Shown: piece by piece, positions 1 through 9,700 of the stretch
Position numbering within the stretch: the first letter of the stretch is position 1
How the letters are laid out: every line of letters begins with the position of its first letter
Assembly (NCBI GenBank): GCA_021203245.1
Contig: JAJQBO010000080.1
Location: 1 to 64,000 of the forward strand
DNA: 64,000 bases
Origin: Planctomycetaceae bacterium
GTDB taxonomy: Bacteria > Planctomycetota > SZUA-567
Direction of reading: 5' to 3'
The notes under the pieces: model-generated
Databases searched by the model: none
Seen by the model: the letters and a program-made list of their open reading frames with translations, nothing else
Told to the model about the DNA's origin: nothing
Position numbers and translations under genes: made by a program

Positions 1-1310
1 ACGGCCACCGCAATACCCTCCGCACCCTGCTCGGCAGTTGGGGTTATACCATCCATGTCGCCGCCGACGGCCGTGCCGCCATTGAGGCGGCGCAAGGGCA
101 GCCGTTCGACCTCATCCTCATGGACCTGCGCATGCCCGACATGAACGGCATCGAGGCGATGCAGGACATTCTCGGCTACAACCCCGCCATCCCCGTCGTC
201 ATCATGACCGCCTACTCCGACGTCGAAACAGCCGTCGCCGCCCTCAAGGCCGGAGCCTACGACTACCTCACCAAACCCCTCGACTTCGACGAACTCAAAC
301 TCACCCTCGGCCGCGCCCTCGACCACGCCACCCTGCGCCAGGAAAACACCAGCCTGAAAAAGACCCTGGCCGGTCACGATTCCCCCATCCTCGGGAAAAG
401 CGAGGCGACGCGGCGACTCCTCGAGATGGTCGACACCATCGCCCCGTCCGAGGCCACCGTCCTCATCACCGGGGAATCCGGCACCGGCAAGGAACTGGTG
501 GCGCGGCTCCTGCACTGGAAAAGCGGCCGCGCCGCCGGACCGTTCGTCACCGTCAACTGCGCCGCCCTGACGGAGACGCTGCTGGAATCCGAACTGTTCG
601 GCCACGAAAAGGGCGCGTTCACCGGCGCGGAAAAAGTGCGGGAAGGCCGCTTCCGCGCCGCCGACGGCGGCAGCATCTTTCTGGACGAAATCGGCGAAAT
701 GCCCCTGCCGATGCAGGCCAAGCTGCTCCGCGCCATCCAGGAGCGGGAAATTCACCGGGTCGGCGGCGACCGCCCCATCACGGTGGACGTCCGCATCATC
801 GCCGCCACCAACCGGGATCTCGGGGCTGAAGTCGAGGCAGGCCGCTTCCGCCAGGATCTCTTCTACCGCCTCAACGTCGTCTCCCTCCACCTGCCGTCCC
901 TGCGCGAACGAAGCGGCGACGTGCCGGTGCTGGCCGATCATTTTCTCCGCCTCTTTGCCGAAAAGAACGGCAAGCGGGTCAAGGGCTTCACGCCCGGAGC
1001 CATGGACCGGCTGCTCAGGCACGACTGGCCCGGCAATGTGCGTGAGTTGGAAAACACGGTCGAGCGCGCCGTCGTCCTCCTGGTCGGCGAATATGTGAGC
1101 GAGCGCGAACTGCCGCCCGCCCTGCTGCCGCCGACGGCGGATACGGCGAAAGGCTCGCGCGAGTGGGGCGACATGACGCTGGAGGAAATCGAACGGGCGG
1201 CGGTGCGGGAGGTGTTGCAGACGACGGGCGGAAACAAATCGGAGGCGGCGCGCCGGTTGGGGATAACGCGCAAGACGCTGTTGGCGAAGTTGCGGGGGGA
1301 GGAAGAATAA
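1..1310 (+). CDS. sigma-54-dependent response regulator, NtrC/AtoC family (5' end outside window)
   Basis: The frame is open from the window edge. Receiver motifs are present ([17 protein letters not shown]). The AAA+ sigma-54 interaction domain has Walker A GESGTGKE and a GAFTGA loop. The C-terminus is a Fis-type HTH ([17 protein letters not shown]). Stop TAA at 1308-1310. Confidence 0.9.
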   Translation, partial: GHRNTLRTLLGSWGYTIHVAADGRAAIEAAQGQPFDLILMDLRMPDMNGIEAMQDILGYNPAIPVVIMTAYSDVETAVAALKAGAYDYLTKPLDFDELKLTLGRALDHATLRQENTSLKKTLAGHDSPILGKSEATRRLLEMVDTIAPSEATVLITGESGTGKELVARLLHWKSGRAAGPFVTVNCAALTETLLESELFGHEKGAFTGAEKVREGRFRAADGGSIFLDEIGEMPLPMQAKLLRAIQEREIHRVGGDRPITVDVRIIAATNRDLGAEVEAGRFRQDLFYRLNVVSLHLPSLRERSGDVPVLADHFLRLFAEKNGKRVKGFTPGAMDRLLRHDWPGNVRELENTVERAVVLLVGEYVSERELPPALLPPTADTAKGSREWGDMTLEEIERAAVREVLQTTGGNKSEAARRLGITRKTLLAKLRGEEE

Positions 1311-1332
1311 CGTGGATGGTGCGAGACCAGTT

Positions 1333-2016
1333 TTATGGCAGGAGATCGGGGCGGAAGCGGCGCGTCTTCTCGATCGCCTTTTCCCGCCGCCAGGCGTCGA
1401 TGCGGGCGTGGTTGCCGCCGCGCAAGACTTCGGGCACCTCGAGGCCGCGGTAGACGACCGGCTGGGTGTAGTGCGGGTGATCGAGAATGTCGGAAGTAAA
1501 ACTGTCCGCGACCGCGCTCTCGGCGCAGCCGAGCACGCCGGGGAGAAGCCTGGCCACAGCGTCCACCACCAGCATCGCGCCGACCTCGCCGCCTGACAGC
1601 ACCACATCGCCGACCGACAGCCGTTCCGGCTCGAGGATTTCGAAGATGCGTTCGTCAAAGCCTTCGTACCGGCCGCACACGAGGACGATCCGCTCGTCGG
1701 CGGCGTATTCCTCCGCCACCCGCTGATCGAAGCGCCGCCCCTCCGGCGTCAGGAACACCAGCCGCCCGGGCGAGGCGGCGTCCGCGTCGGACCGCACCGC
1801 TTCGACCGCGTCCACCAGCGGCTGGCAGGTCATGACCATGCCGGGGCCGCCGCCGAAGGGACGGTCGTCCACCTTGTTGTGCTTGTTCCGGCTCCAGTCG
1901 CGGATGTTGTGGAGGCGGACGTCGAGGATGTTTTTCTCCTGCGCGATGCGCGGGATGGACTCGCCGAGAAAGCCCGAAAACATGCCGGGAAACAACGTGA
2001 GGATATCGACCCGCAT
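1333..2016 (-). CDS. trmD: tRNA (guanine37-N1)-methyltransferase
   Basis: MRVDILTLFPGMF... is a typical TrmD N-terminus, with VDDRPFGGGPGMVM and LVCGRYEGFDERI motifs. I chose the internal ATG at 2016 of the 421-aa ORF because the upstream part overlaps glmS and looks like GC-driven noise. Confidence 0.9.
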   Translation of the reverse strand: MRVDILTLFPGMFSGFLGESIPRIAQEKNILDVRLHNIRDWSRNKHNKVDDRPFGGGPGMVMTCQPLVDAVEAVRSDADAASPGRLVFLTPEGRRFDQRVAEEYAADERIVLVCGRYEGFDERIFEILEPERLSVGDVVLSGGEVGAMLVVDAVARLLPGVLGCAESAVADSFTSDILDHPHYTQPVVYRGLEVPEVLRGGNHARIDAWRREKAIEKTRRFRPDLLP

Positions 2017-2018
2017 CG

Positions 2019-3863
2019 CTACTCCACTGTCACGCTTTTGGCGAGGTTTTTCGGCTTGTCGACGTCGCAGCCGCGCGCCACGGCGATGTGGTAGGCCAGG
2101 AGCTGCAGCGGCACGGCGCAGCAGATGCTGTTCATGATGCCCGACTCGGCCTTGACGTAGATGACGTCGTCCGCAACCTTGGCGATCCCGGTGTCGCCCC
2201 GGCTCGCCAGGGCGATGACCTTGCCTTTCCTGGCCTTCACTTCCATGATATTGCCGATCAGCTTGTCGTAGCGCCGGCCCTGCAGGGCGATGGTGAAGAC
2301 AGGCATGTTTTCGTCCACGAGCGCGATGGGGCCGTGTTTCATCTCGGCCGCGTCGTAGCCTTCGGCGTGGATATAACTGACCTCTTTCAGTTTGAGCGCG
2401 CCTTCCATCGCCAGCGGCCAGCCGGTGCCGCGCCCGAGAAAGAGGAAATTGGCGGCGTTCATGTATTTGTAGGCGATTTTCTTGACATGCGGCTCCATCG
2501 CCAGGACGCCGAGCAGGCGGTGGCCGATGCCGAGCAGATCGCGGACGCGGCGGCAGAGTTCCGGCTTGTCGATGCTGTGCCGGATCTGGCCCATCCACAG
2601 GGCGACGAAATACAAGCCGGCGATCATGGCGGTAAAGGCCTTGGTGCTGGCGACGCCGATCTCCGGCCCGCAGCCGAGATAGAACACGCCGTCCGCCTCG
2701 CGGGCGATGGACGAGCCGACCGTGTTCACGACAGCCAGCACCTTGCAGCCGGCGGCCTTGGCGAGGCGGACGGCGTGCAGGGTGTCCATCGTCTCGCCCG
2801 ATTGGGTGACGGCGATGACGAGGACGGACGGGTCGAGGATGGGATCGCGGTAGCGGAAATCGGCGGCATATTCGGGATAGGTCGGAATCTTGGTGGTGCG
2901 CTCGAGGATGTTCCGGCCGACCATGCAGGCGTTGTAGGCCGTCCCCTGCGCCAGCATGACGATGCGGCTGATGCCGTTCAGGTATTCGGGCGAAAAGTCC
3001 ACCCCTTCGAAAACGAACTCCGGATCGGCGTCGGCCGTGGGCGGCAGGCGCAGGCGGTTCCGAAACATCGTCTCGAGGACGGTGGGCTGTTCGTAGATTT
3101 CCTTCAGCATATAGTGTTCGAAGCCGTCCTTCTGCGACGCCTCCGGCGACCAGGTGATTTCGGCGCAGGCGATCTCCACCGGTTGCCCGTTGGCGCGGAT
3201 TTCGCAGGAACCGGCGGTGATGACCGCGATCTGATCGTCTTCCAGAAACACGACCCGGCGGGTGTGGGGGACGATTGGAATAGCGTCCGACGCCGCCATG
3301 TGAAACCCGGCGCCGAGGCCGACGGCGAGCGGGCTGCCCCGGCGCGCGGCGACCAGCAGACCGGGTTGGTCCGGCACCATGATGGCGAGGGAGAAGGTGC
3401 CGTCCAGCATGGGGATGACCGTCTCGACCGCCGAGACGAGATTGCCGTCGTAGTATTTGGAGACAAGGTTGGCGACGACCTCGGTGTCGGTGTCTGAATG
3501 GAACGCCACGCCCTCGTCCTGGAGCGATTGTTTCAGTTTGGCGTAATTGTCGATAATGCCGTTGTGGACAACCGCCACCCGCCTGTCGTGGGAGACCTGC
3601 GGGTGGGCGTTCTTCTCGGACGGCGTGCCGTGGGTGGCCCAGCGGGTGTGACCCATCGCCGCCTCCGCCTCCGAACCGGCGCGCTCGCCCAGGAGCGCCT
3701 CCAAATCGGCGACGCGGCCGGCGGCGCGATACACGGCCAGCGTTCCGTTCTCCGGCCAGGCGATGCCGGCCGAGTCGTAGCCCCGGTATTCAAGCGACCG
3801 CAATCCGTCGACGACGGTCGCGATGGCTTTCGGCAATCCGACGACAGCGACAATTCCGCACAT
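2019..3863 (-). CDS. glmS: glutamine--fructose-6-phosphate aminotransferase
   Basis: 614 aa. It has the Ntn-amidotransferase start MCGIVAVVG, two SIS domains, and the canonical C-terminal ...LAKSVTVE. The stop TAG lies 2 nt before the trmD start. Confidence 0.95.
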   Translation of the reverse strand: MCGIVAVVGLPKAIATVVDGLRSLEYRGYDSAGIAWPENGTLAVYRAAGRVADLEALLGERAGSEAEAAMGHTRWATHGTPSEKNAHPQVSHDRRVAVVHNGIIDNYAKLKQSLQDEGVAFHSDTDTEVVANLVSKYYDGNLVSAVETVIPMLDGTFSLAIMVPDQPGLLVAARRGSPLAVGLGAGFHMAASDAIPIVPHTRRVVFLEDDQIAVITAGSCEIRANGQPVEIACAEITWSPEASQKDGFEHYMLKEIYEQPTVLETMFRNRLRLPPTADADPEFVFEGVDFSPEYLNGISRIVMLAQGTAYNACMVGRNILERTTKIPTYPEYAADFRYRDPILDPSVLVIAVTQSGETMDTLHAVRLAKAAGCKVLAVVNTVGSSIAREADGVFYLGCGPEIGVASTKAFTAMIAGLYFVALWMGQIRHSIDKPELCRRVRDLLGIGHRLLGVLAMEPHVKKIAYKYMNAANFLFLGRGTGWPLAMEGALKLKEVSYIHAEGYDAAEMKHGPIALVDENMPVFTIALQGRRYDKLIGNIMEVKARKGKVIALASRGDTGIAKVADDVIYVKAESGIMNSICCAVPLQLLAYHIAVARGCDVDKPKNLAKSVTVE

Positions 3864-3939
3864 GGTGGTTCCTTTTTCTAACGAATGGGGGGACGGCGCG
3901 TTTTCAAACCCAGCGACGCACGGACCGGCTACCCCTCAC

Positions 3940-4117
3940 GTCACCCCGGCGGACAAACGGCCGCCGTACGGAAAACGTGTGAGTGTGCCGGGCAGCCGGA
4001 TAAACACCCGCTACAGGGTTATCGGCGCTGTGCACAGGCGGAGCACATCGCGTCCCCGATTGCCCCGGCACAACTACGCGCCCCTCGCCCGGTTCAACGC
4101 TTCACCGCCGGGATGAC
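3940..4117 (-). repeat. 178-nt structured palindromic repeat, copy A (trpS-glmS spacer)
   Basis: The reverse complement matches plus-strand 26158-26336. The first 74 nt differ at 6 positions, and a 3' module is shared. The terminal inverted repeat is GTCAYCCCGGCG/CGCCGGGGTGAC, and the inner helix GTGCCGGGGCA/TGCCCGGCAC is conserved. Confidence 0.8.
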
Positions 4118-4143
4118 GGTGGTGGGTGAAGAGCAGCGTTTTT

Positions 4144-5226
4144 TTACGCCTTGGCGATTTTCTTGCGGCGCTTTTCCGCCGCGCGGGCAATCCGGTTCCA
4201 CGCGCCCGACAGGCCCATCGCGGACTTGACGTCCTTCATGGTCTGGGCCGAAATCTCCCGCATCCGCTCGGTGCCGTCGACGATGACCTGGTCGACAAAG
4301 CCGGTGTCGGCTTCGTACTGGCGGTAGCGTTCGCGCATCGGGTCGAGAAAGTTGTTGATAGCCTTGGCGAGGGCGTCCTTGATCTCGACATCGCCGATGC
4401 GGCCTTCGCGGTAGCGCGTCTTGAAGTCCTCCACCTGGGCCTTGTCCGGATTGAAGGCGTCGTGGTACTGGAAGACCGGGTTGCCTTCAACCGTCCCCGG
4501 GACGTCGGCATGGATGCGCTTCGGGTCGGTGTACATGGCGCGCACCTTCTTGTTGACCGTCTTTTCGTCGTCGGAGAGGTAGATGGTATTGCCGACCGAC
4601 TTCGACATCTTGCCCTGGCCGTCGGTGCCGAGCAGGGTCGGCACGTCGCCGATAAGGACTTCCGGAATGGGGAAGACTTCGCCGTAGAGCGAGTTGAAGC
4701 GCCGCCCGAGTTCACGGGTCACTTCGACGTGGGACTCGTTGTCCTTGCCGACCGGCACCAGGTGGGCGCGCGGCAGCAGAATGTCGGCCGCCTGGAGGAC
4801 GGGGTAACCGAGGAGGCCGAAGGGCATTTCCTCGTCCGAGAGGTTGGCGGCGCGGGCCATGTCCTTGATTGAAGGGACGCGGGTGAGCCGGTTGACGGTG
4901 ATGAGCATCTCCAGGATCAGGTTCAGTTCGTAGGTCTCGCGGACCGCCGACTGGAGATAGATGGTGGTGATGTCCGGGTCGATGCCGGCGGCAAGGTAGT
5001 CGAGGACGAGGCCGCGCGCGTTTTCGCTGATCAGCTCGATGTCGTCGTGGCTCGGCTTGGTGGTCAGCATATGCAGATCGGCGACGATCAGGATGGTGTC
5101 GTAGCTGTGCTGGAGTTCCACCCGCGACTTCAGCGACCCGACGTAGTGGCCGAGATGGAGCCTGCCGGTGGGCCGATCGCCCGTGAGGATCCGCTTTTTC
5201 TCTTGTGGTTTTTCACTCTCGTGCAT
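4144..5226 (-). CDS. trpS: tryptophan--tRNA ligase
   Basis: Class I synthetase signatures: HIGH-type [10 protein letters not shown] and KMSKS. I chose the start at MHESEK (5226); the upstream ATG at 5307 is an alternative. Confidence 0.9.
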   Translation of the reverse strand: MHESEKPQEKKRILTGDRPTGRLHLGHYVGSLKSRVELQHSYDTILIVADLHMLTTKPSHDDIELISENARGLVLDYLAAGIDPDITTIYLQSAVRETYELNLILEMLITVNRLTRVPSIKDMARAANLSDEEMPFGLLGYPVLQAADILLPRAHLVPVGKDNESHVEVTRELGRRFNSLYGEVFPIPEVLIGDVPTLLGTDGQGKMSKSVGNTIYLSDDEKTVNKKVRAMYTDPKRIHADVPGTVEGNPVFQYHDAFNPDKAQVEDFKTRYREGRIGDVEIKDALAKAINNFLDPMRERYRQYEADTGFVDQVIVDGTERMREISAQTMKDVKSAMGLSGAWNRIARAAEKRRKKIAKA

Positions 5227-5353
5227 ACCCTGCCTTTCAGGTATTGTCCGAATTATCCATAGCGTAACCGGAAAGCCGCCATCCGGCGTTCCAGCCAAAG
5301 ATGACAACTTTACATCTTATGGCGGTAATTGCAACAGCCGCTGGAGGATTCTC

Positions 5354-6254
5354 ATGCACAACCGCCCCCTCACCCTCAGCCTCGGTGAAGTTTTGTGGGA
5401 CATCCTGCCCGACGGAAAAGCCCTGGGCGGCGCGCCCAGCAACGTCGGCTGGCACGCCGCGCAGATGGGCGCGGACGCCCGCGTCGTCTCCGCAGTCGGC
5501 GACGACGACCTTGGCTGCGAAATCATCGACCGCCTCGCCGCCATGGGCTTCGACACGTCCACCGTCGCCGTGCTGCCCGGCGTCAGGACGTCCACCGTCG
5601 ATGCATTCCTGGACGCCGCCGGCAACGCCACCTACATCATCCATGAAAACGTCGCCTGGGATCACATGCCGGTCACGGATGCGGTCCTCGACCTCGCGTC
5701 GCGGGCGCAAGCCATCAATTTCGGTTCATTGGCCCAGCGCCACCCCACCGGCCGCGCCGCCACCCACGCCATCCTCGACCGCGTGCCTTCCACGGCGGTG
5801 CGCATCTTCGACGTCAACCTCCGCCCCCCCCTATATCGATCGGGATATCCTCGACGGCGGGCTGCAGAAGGCGTCGGTCGTCAAGATGAACCACGACGAA
5901 CTCCCCTATATCGCCAGTTTGTTCGGCTGGGACGGCATGCCCGAAGACACGATGCTGCGGCTGCTGGACACCTACCCCGGCGTCAACCACCTGGTGGTGA
6001 CCCGGGCGTCGGACGGGGCCTGGTGGCAAACCCGAGACACACTGTACAGCAGGACGCCGCCTCCGCTGGCAGCCATGGTCGACACCATCGGCGCAGGCGA
6101 TTCGGTGACCGCCGCCGTGATGATGGGCCTGCTGCGCGGGTGGGAACCGGAGCGCATCCTCGATGCCGCCATGAACATCGCCTCGTTTGTCTGCTCGTGC
6201 CGGGGCGGCACGCCGGAACTGTCCGAGGCATTGAAGAATCCTTTCCTCGGTTAA
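5354..6254 (+). pseudogene. PfkB-family sugar kinase (fructokinase-like), frameshifted in a C8 run
   Basis: The N-terminal half (MHNRPLTLSLGEVLWDILPDGKALGGAPSNV...) is in one frame. The C-terminal half (...DTIGAGDSVTAAVMMGLL...CSCRGGTPEL) is in the +1 frame. The junction is the C run at 5824-5831. Seven C would restore NLRPPYIDRDIL. Confidence 0.8.
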
Positions 6255-6450
6255 AGTTGATTTTTCTCTGGATTCCCGACGTAAAATGGTTACAACCAAG
6301 GTTTGGCGAATCGCCGTTTCCGTATGGTTTTTCCGCAAAACCATTGAGGCGATCCGGTTCGTGCCATTGGGCCGTGACAAATGCCTGGCGTGAAAACGCC
6401 CAAAAGGTTGCTAACCATGAAATCCGGTTACCGGCGGTCGGCCTAGCCAT

Positions 6451-9400
6451 ATGCCGACATTTTATTCCAATCATTCGGACTTAATTCTCTGCGTCCTCTC
6501 CTGCGTGTTATTGCTGGCGGGCGTGGTGTCGGCTGGATTGTCCAGGCGCGACATCGGCGTGACGCCATCGCTGGTCCGCTGGCTTGGAGCCGGGCTGACT
6601 GTCCTGGCGGCGCGGGAATGGCTGGGCATTATCGGCGTGTCGGAGCCGGGTTTTGTCTCGTGGTATCCTCTCGCCGCCCTGATGCAAACCGTGTCCAGCC
6701 TCTGCCTCCTCCAGGCGGCGCGGTCGGTCGCACCGCCGGGGTCGGCCCGCCGCACCGGCCTGACGGCGGGGCTGGTTTTGCTGATCCTCGTCTTTGCCTG
6801 GGCGCTCGTTCAGCCGTACCTGTCGTACAGCAGTCTCGTGGAGTCGGGCCAGGCGCTTATTACCGCGCGAATCTTTTTCGTCATTAAATTCACGACCTTT
6901 TTGGCGGCCGTGCTGCTGCTCGCCTGCGCGGTCAGGGAGACGCCGCGGCCGCCCCGGTCCTTTGTCGCCGCGCTGGCGGTGTTCTGCCTCCACGCCGGCA
7001 TTATCTTCGTCTGCCGCCCGCCCGGGCCGGCCGGAGCCGACGCCGACACGGCGGCCATGGCGACCCACGTCAACGTCTGGCTGTTCAACCTGCGCATCCT
7101 GACCGCCCTCTTTATGGTCGTCGTGTTCTGGAATCTTTTCTCGGCGACGGACGGGGTGCGGCAACTGCGCTGGTGGCCGCTGGCGCTGATGCTGTTCATC
7201 CTCGCGGCGGCGGCGATTTTCACCCACATTTTCACCATGAACTTCGAGTCGATGGTGCGCCACACCTATGACGCGCAGGTTAGCTTGCTCGACCGCTACC
7301 TCTACCGGCGGCCCATCCTGCTGTTTATTCCGCTGGCGTTTTTCGGACTGCTGCTCCTGATGTCGGGACAACAGAACGCCTGGCGCGCCAGCCATTCCTG
7401 GACCCGCTTCGAGGCGATGCGCCAGGCGCGGGATTATCTCCAGCTTGTCTTGGACACCATCCCGGTGGCGGTGTTTGTTAAGGATACGAACCACCGCTAC
7501 CGGATGATGAACAAGCGCTTCGCCACCGAAATCCTCCAAATCTCCGGACCCGAAGCCGCTGTCGGAAAACGCCTCCACGACGTCGCGCCCGACTATCCCC
7601 GGGACGCCGAGACCCAGGACGACGTCGCCCAGAACCTGCGCGGCGAACTGCTGACCTACGACCGCACCCTGGAGCGGCCCGGCGGCACGCGCCACTACGA
7701 AGTCACGAAAATCGTGCGCCGGCTCGCCTCGGGCGAAACGATTCTCATCTGCTGCCTGCACGACATCACCGAACGCCACGCCGCCGCCGAGGCGCTCCGG
7801 ACCGCCAACTACGCGGCCCACAAGGCGGACCGCGCCAAGGCCGCCTTCCTCGCCAACATGTCGCACGAACTCCGCACCCCCATGAACGGCATCGTCGGCA
7901 TGGCGGACCTGATCATCGAACACGAGACGACGGAACCGGTGCCGAGACTGTACGCCGAGACGGTCATCAAGAGCGCCAAGACGCTGCAGATGGTGATGGA
8001 CGAGGTCATGGACGTCGCCACCGTCGACGACGCCTCCAGGCGCATGATCATGTCGACCGCGCCGTTCCCGCTCCTGTCCCTGGTCGAGGAGGCGGCGCAA
8101 ATAGTCGGCTGCATTGTCGACGCGTGGGGGGTGCAACTGAGCCTCGACTACTCGTTCAGCCTGGCCAGCATCTACGAAGGAGACGCCCGCCACCTGCGCC
8201 AGGTGACGGTGCAAATCCTTACCCATTGCTCGCGTCTCGCCTCCGACAAGCGCATTCGCCTCGAGGTTGCGGAAGACACGGGCGGCGTGGCGTTCCGCGC
8301 CGTCTTCACGCCGAACCCGGCCATCGGGCCGGCCGACCTGGAGATGATGTTCAAACAGTGGAACGACGCCGGCTCGGCATCCGATTCCCACATAAACCTC
8401 GGCATGTTCAACGACCGCATCGGCCTGCCGCTGGTGTGGCGGCTTGTCGATGCGATGGGCGGCGCCCTCGCCGTGCGGGAACGGGACGGCGGCCTGCTCG
8501 GGTGCGACATCGTCCTGCCGCTCCAGCCGAGCGGGCCCACCGGCGCCGCGCCCCTCACGCCCCCGTCCCTCGAGGACGTGCGCGTCCTTGTCGCCACCCG
8601 TGACGACGACATGTACCGGGGCGTCCGCGACTGCCTCGTCTATGCCAAAGCCGAGACCGCTCGGGCCGACTCGAAGGAATCGGCCATGCAGGAACTGCGC
8701 CGTTCCTGCGACGCGGGGTGCGGTTACGACATCCTCTTTATCGACGCCACCCTCCCCGGCTTCACGGCGGGCGCGGAACTGCAGAAGGTCGTCAACAGCC
8801 TCGCCGTCACCACCCAATTCGGCCGTCCCGACGTCATGCTCGTCGTCTCGCCGAAGCAGGTGGGGGAACTGGTCGGTTTCTCGGGCGGCATTTCGTGCCT
8901 TATGCTGCCGCCCCTTTGCCCGAGCGAAATTTGGTACAAGGTCGACGCCATCAGCGCCGCGCGGCGGAGCGAGGCGCTTTCCTCCGGCCAGCCGGCGGAG
9001 ACGGAACGGCGCAAGCCCACCACCGTCAAGCTGCGCCGCCGCTCCACCCGCATCACCCGGCTGGTGAAGATTCCCGCCTCGGTCCTGCTTGTCGAGGACA
9101 ACAACGTCAACCAGATGGTGGCGATGGGCATCCTCCAGCGCCTCGGCTGCAACACCGTGCTGGCGAAAAACGGCAGGGAGGCGGTCGACCTGGTGACCTC
9201 GGGCAAACATTACGACATTATCATTATGGACTGCCTGATGCCGGTCATGGACGGGTACGAAGCCACCGGTCTTATCCGCCGATTCGAGGAAAGCGAACCA
9301 AACGGCAAGCGCCGCATTATCGTCGCCCTTACCGCCAACACCGTCGCCGGCGACCGGGAGCGCTGCCTGAAGGCGGGAATGGACGATTATATATCGAAAC

Positions 9401-9486
9401 CGGTGACCCTGGAACAGCTTCGCGACGTCATCAGCCAGCACCTGCCCGGCCTGGTGACGGTGGTGGATCAGGCCAGGGAGGAGTAG
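6451..9486 (+). CDS. hybrid sensor histidine kinase / response regulator (multi-TM N-terminus, PAS, HisKA, degenerate HATPase, pseudo-receiver, receiver)
   Basis: The N-terminal ~300 aa are hydrophobic. The H-box is FLANMSHELRTPMNGIVGM. The C-terminal receiver reads VLLVEDNNVNQ...IIIMDCLMPVMDGYE...ISKP. The start codon is uncertain. Confidence 0.85.
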   Translation: MPTFYSNHSDLILCVLSCVLLLAGVVSAGLSRRDIGVTPSLVRWLGAGLTVLAAREWLGIIGVSEPGFVSWYPLAALMQTVSSLCLLQAARSVAPPGSARRTGLTAGLVLLILVFAWALVQPYLSYSSLVESGQALITARIFFVIKFTTFLAAVLLLACAVRETPRPPRSFVAALAVFCLHAGIIFVCRPPGPAGADADTAAMATHVNVWLFNLRILTALFMVVVFWNLFSATDGVRQLRWWPLALMLFILAAAAIFTHIFTMNFESMVRHTYDAQVSLLDRYLYRRPILLFIPLAFFGLLLLMSGQQNAWRASHSWTRFEAMRQARDYLQLVLDTIPVAVFVKDTNHRYRMMNKRFATEILQISGPEAAVGKRLHDVAPDYPRDAETQDDVAQNLRGELLTYDRTLERPGGTRHYEVTKIVRRLASGETILICCLHDITERHAAAEALRTANYAAHKADRAKAAFLANMSHELRTPMNGIVGMADLIIEHETTEPVPRLYAETVIKSAKTLQMVMDEVMDVATVDDASRRMIMSTAPFPLLSLVEEAAQIVGCIVDAWGVQLSLDYSFSLASIYEGDARHLRQVTVQILTHCSRLASDKRIRLEVAEDTGGVAFRAVFTPNPAIGPADLEMMFKQWNDAGSASDSHINLGMFNDRIGLPLVWRLVDAMGGALAVRERDGGLLGCDIVLPLQPSGPTGAAPLTPPSLEDVRVLVATRDDDMYRGVRDCLVYAKAETARADSKESAMQELRRSCDAGCGYDILFIDATLPGFTAGAELQKVVNSLAVTTQFGRPDVMLVVSPKQVGELVGFSGGISCLMLPPLCPSEIWYKVDAISAARRSEALSSGQPAETERRKPTTVKLRRRSTRITRLVKIPASVLLVEDNNVNQMVAMGILQRLGCNTVLAKNGREAVDLVTSGKHYDIIIMDCLMPVMDGYEATGLIRRFEESEPNGKRRIIVALTANTVAGDRERCLKAGMDDYISKPVTLEQLRDVISQHLPGLVTVVDQAREE

Positions 9487-9700
9487 GGCCGTCCGGTTGC
9501 GGCTGCCGGCTTTCCCCGACGATTCGGCGCTGTCTCCGGCGAAAGGCATTATTCACCTTGCAACATACGGAAAAAAAGGGACAATTCCCGGTCGCCTACA
9601 GGAAACGGTATGCCGCCTTTCTTTTTGGCGCCTGACATCGATTGCCGGCCGAAGCCGTTTCAGCCGCCAGACATTTATAAATATATGGAGAGGTTGTACT

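Noticed and set aside
3864-4143. A glmS ribozyme/riboswitch in the glmS leader.
   Set aside because: I do not recognise the glmS ribozyme core in this leader. The same 178-nt element also precedes fliI, which argues for a repeat family rather than a GlcN6P sensor.
6340-6400. A sigma-54-like TGGCGT...TTGCT upstream of the hybrid kinase.
   Set aside because: The spacing between the GG and GC elements is far too long (about 16 nt instead of 10).
6508-9549. A 1013-aa ORF on the minus strand, antisense to the hybrid sensor kinase. Similar very long antisense ORFs occur at 32030-34501 (823 aa), 2088-3497, 14236-15498 and 23690-24733.
   Set aside because: Their translations are Arg/Gly/Ala/Asp-rich with no motifs. 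They mirror well-supported genes on the other strand. In GC-rich DNA, stop codons are rare in antisense frames, so these are shadow ORFs.
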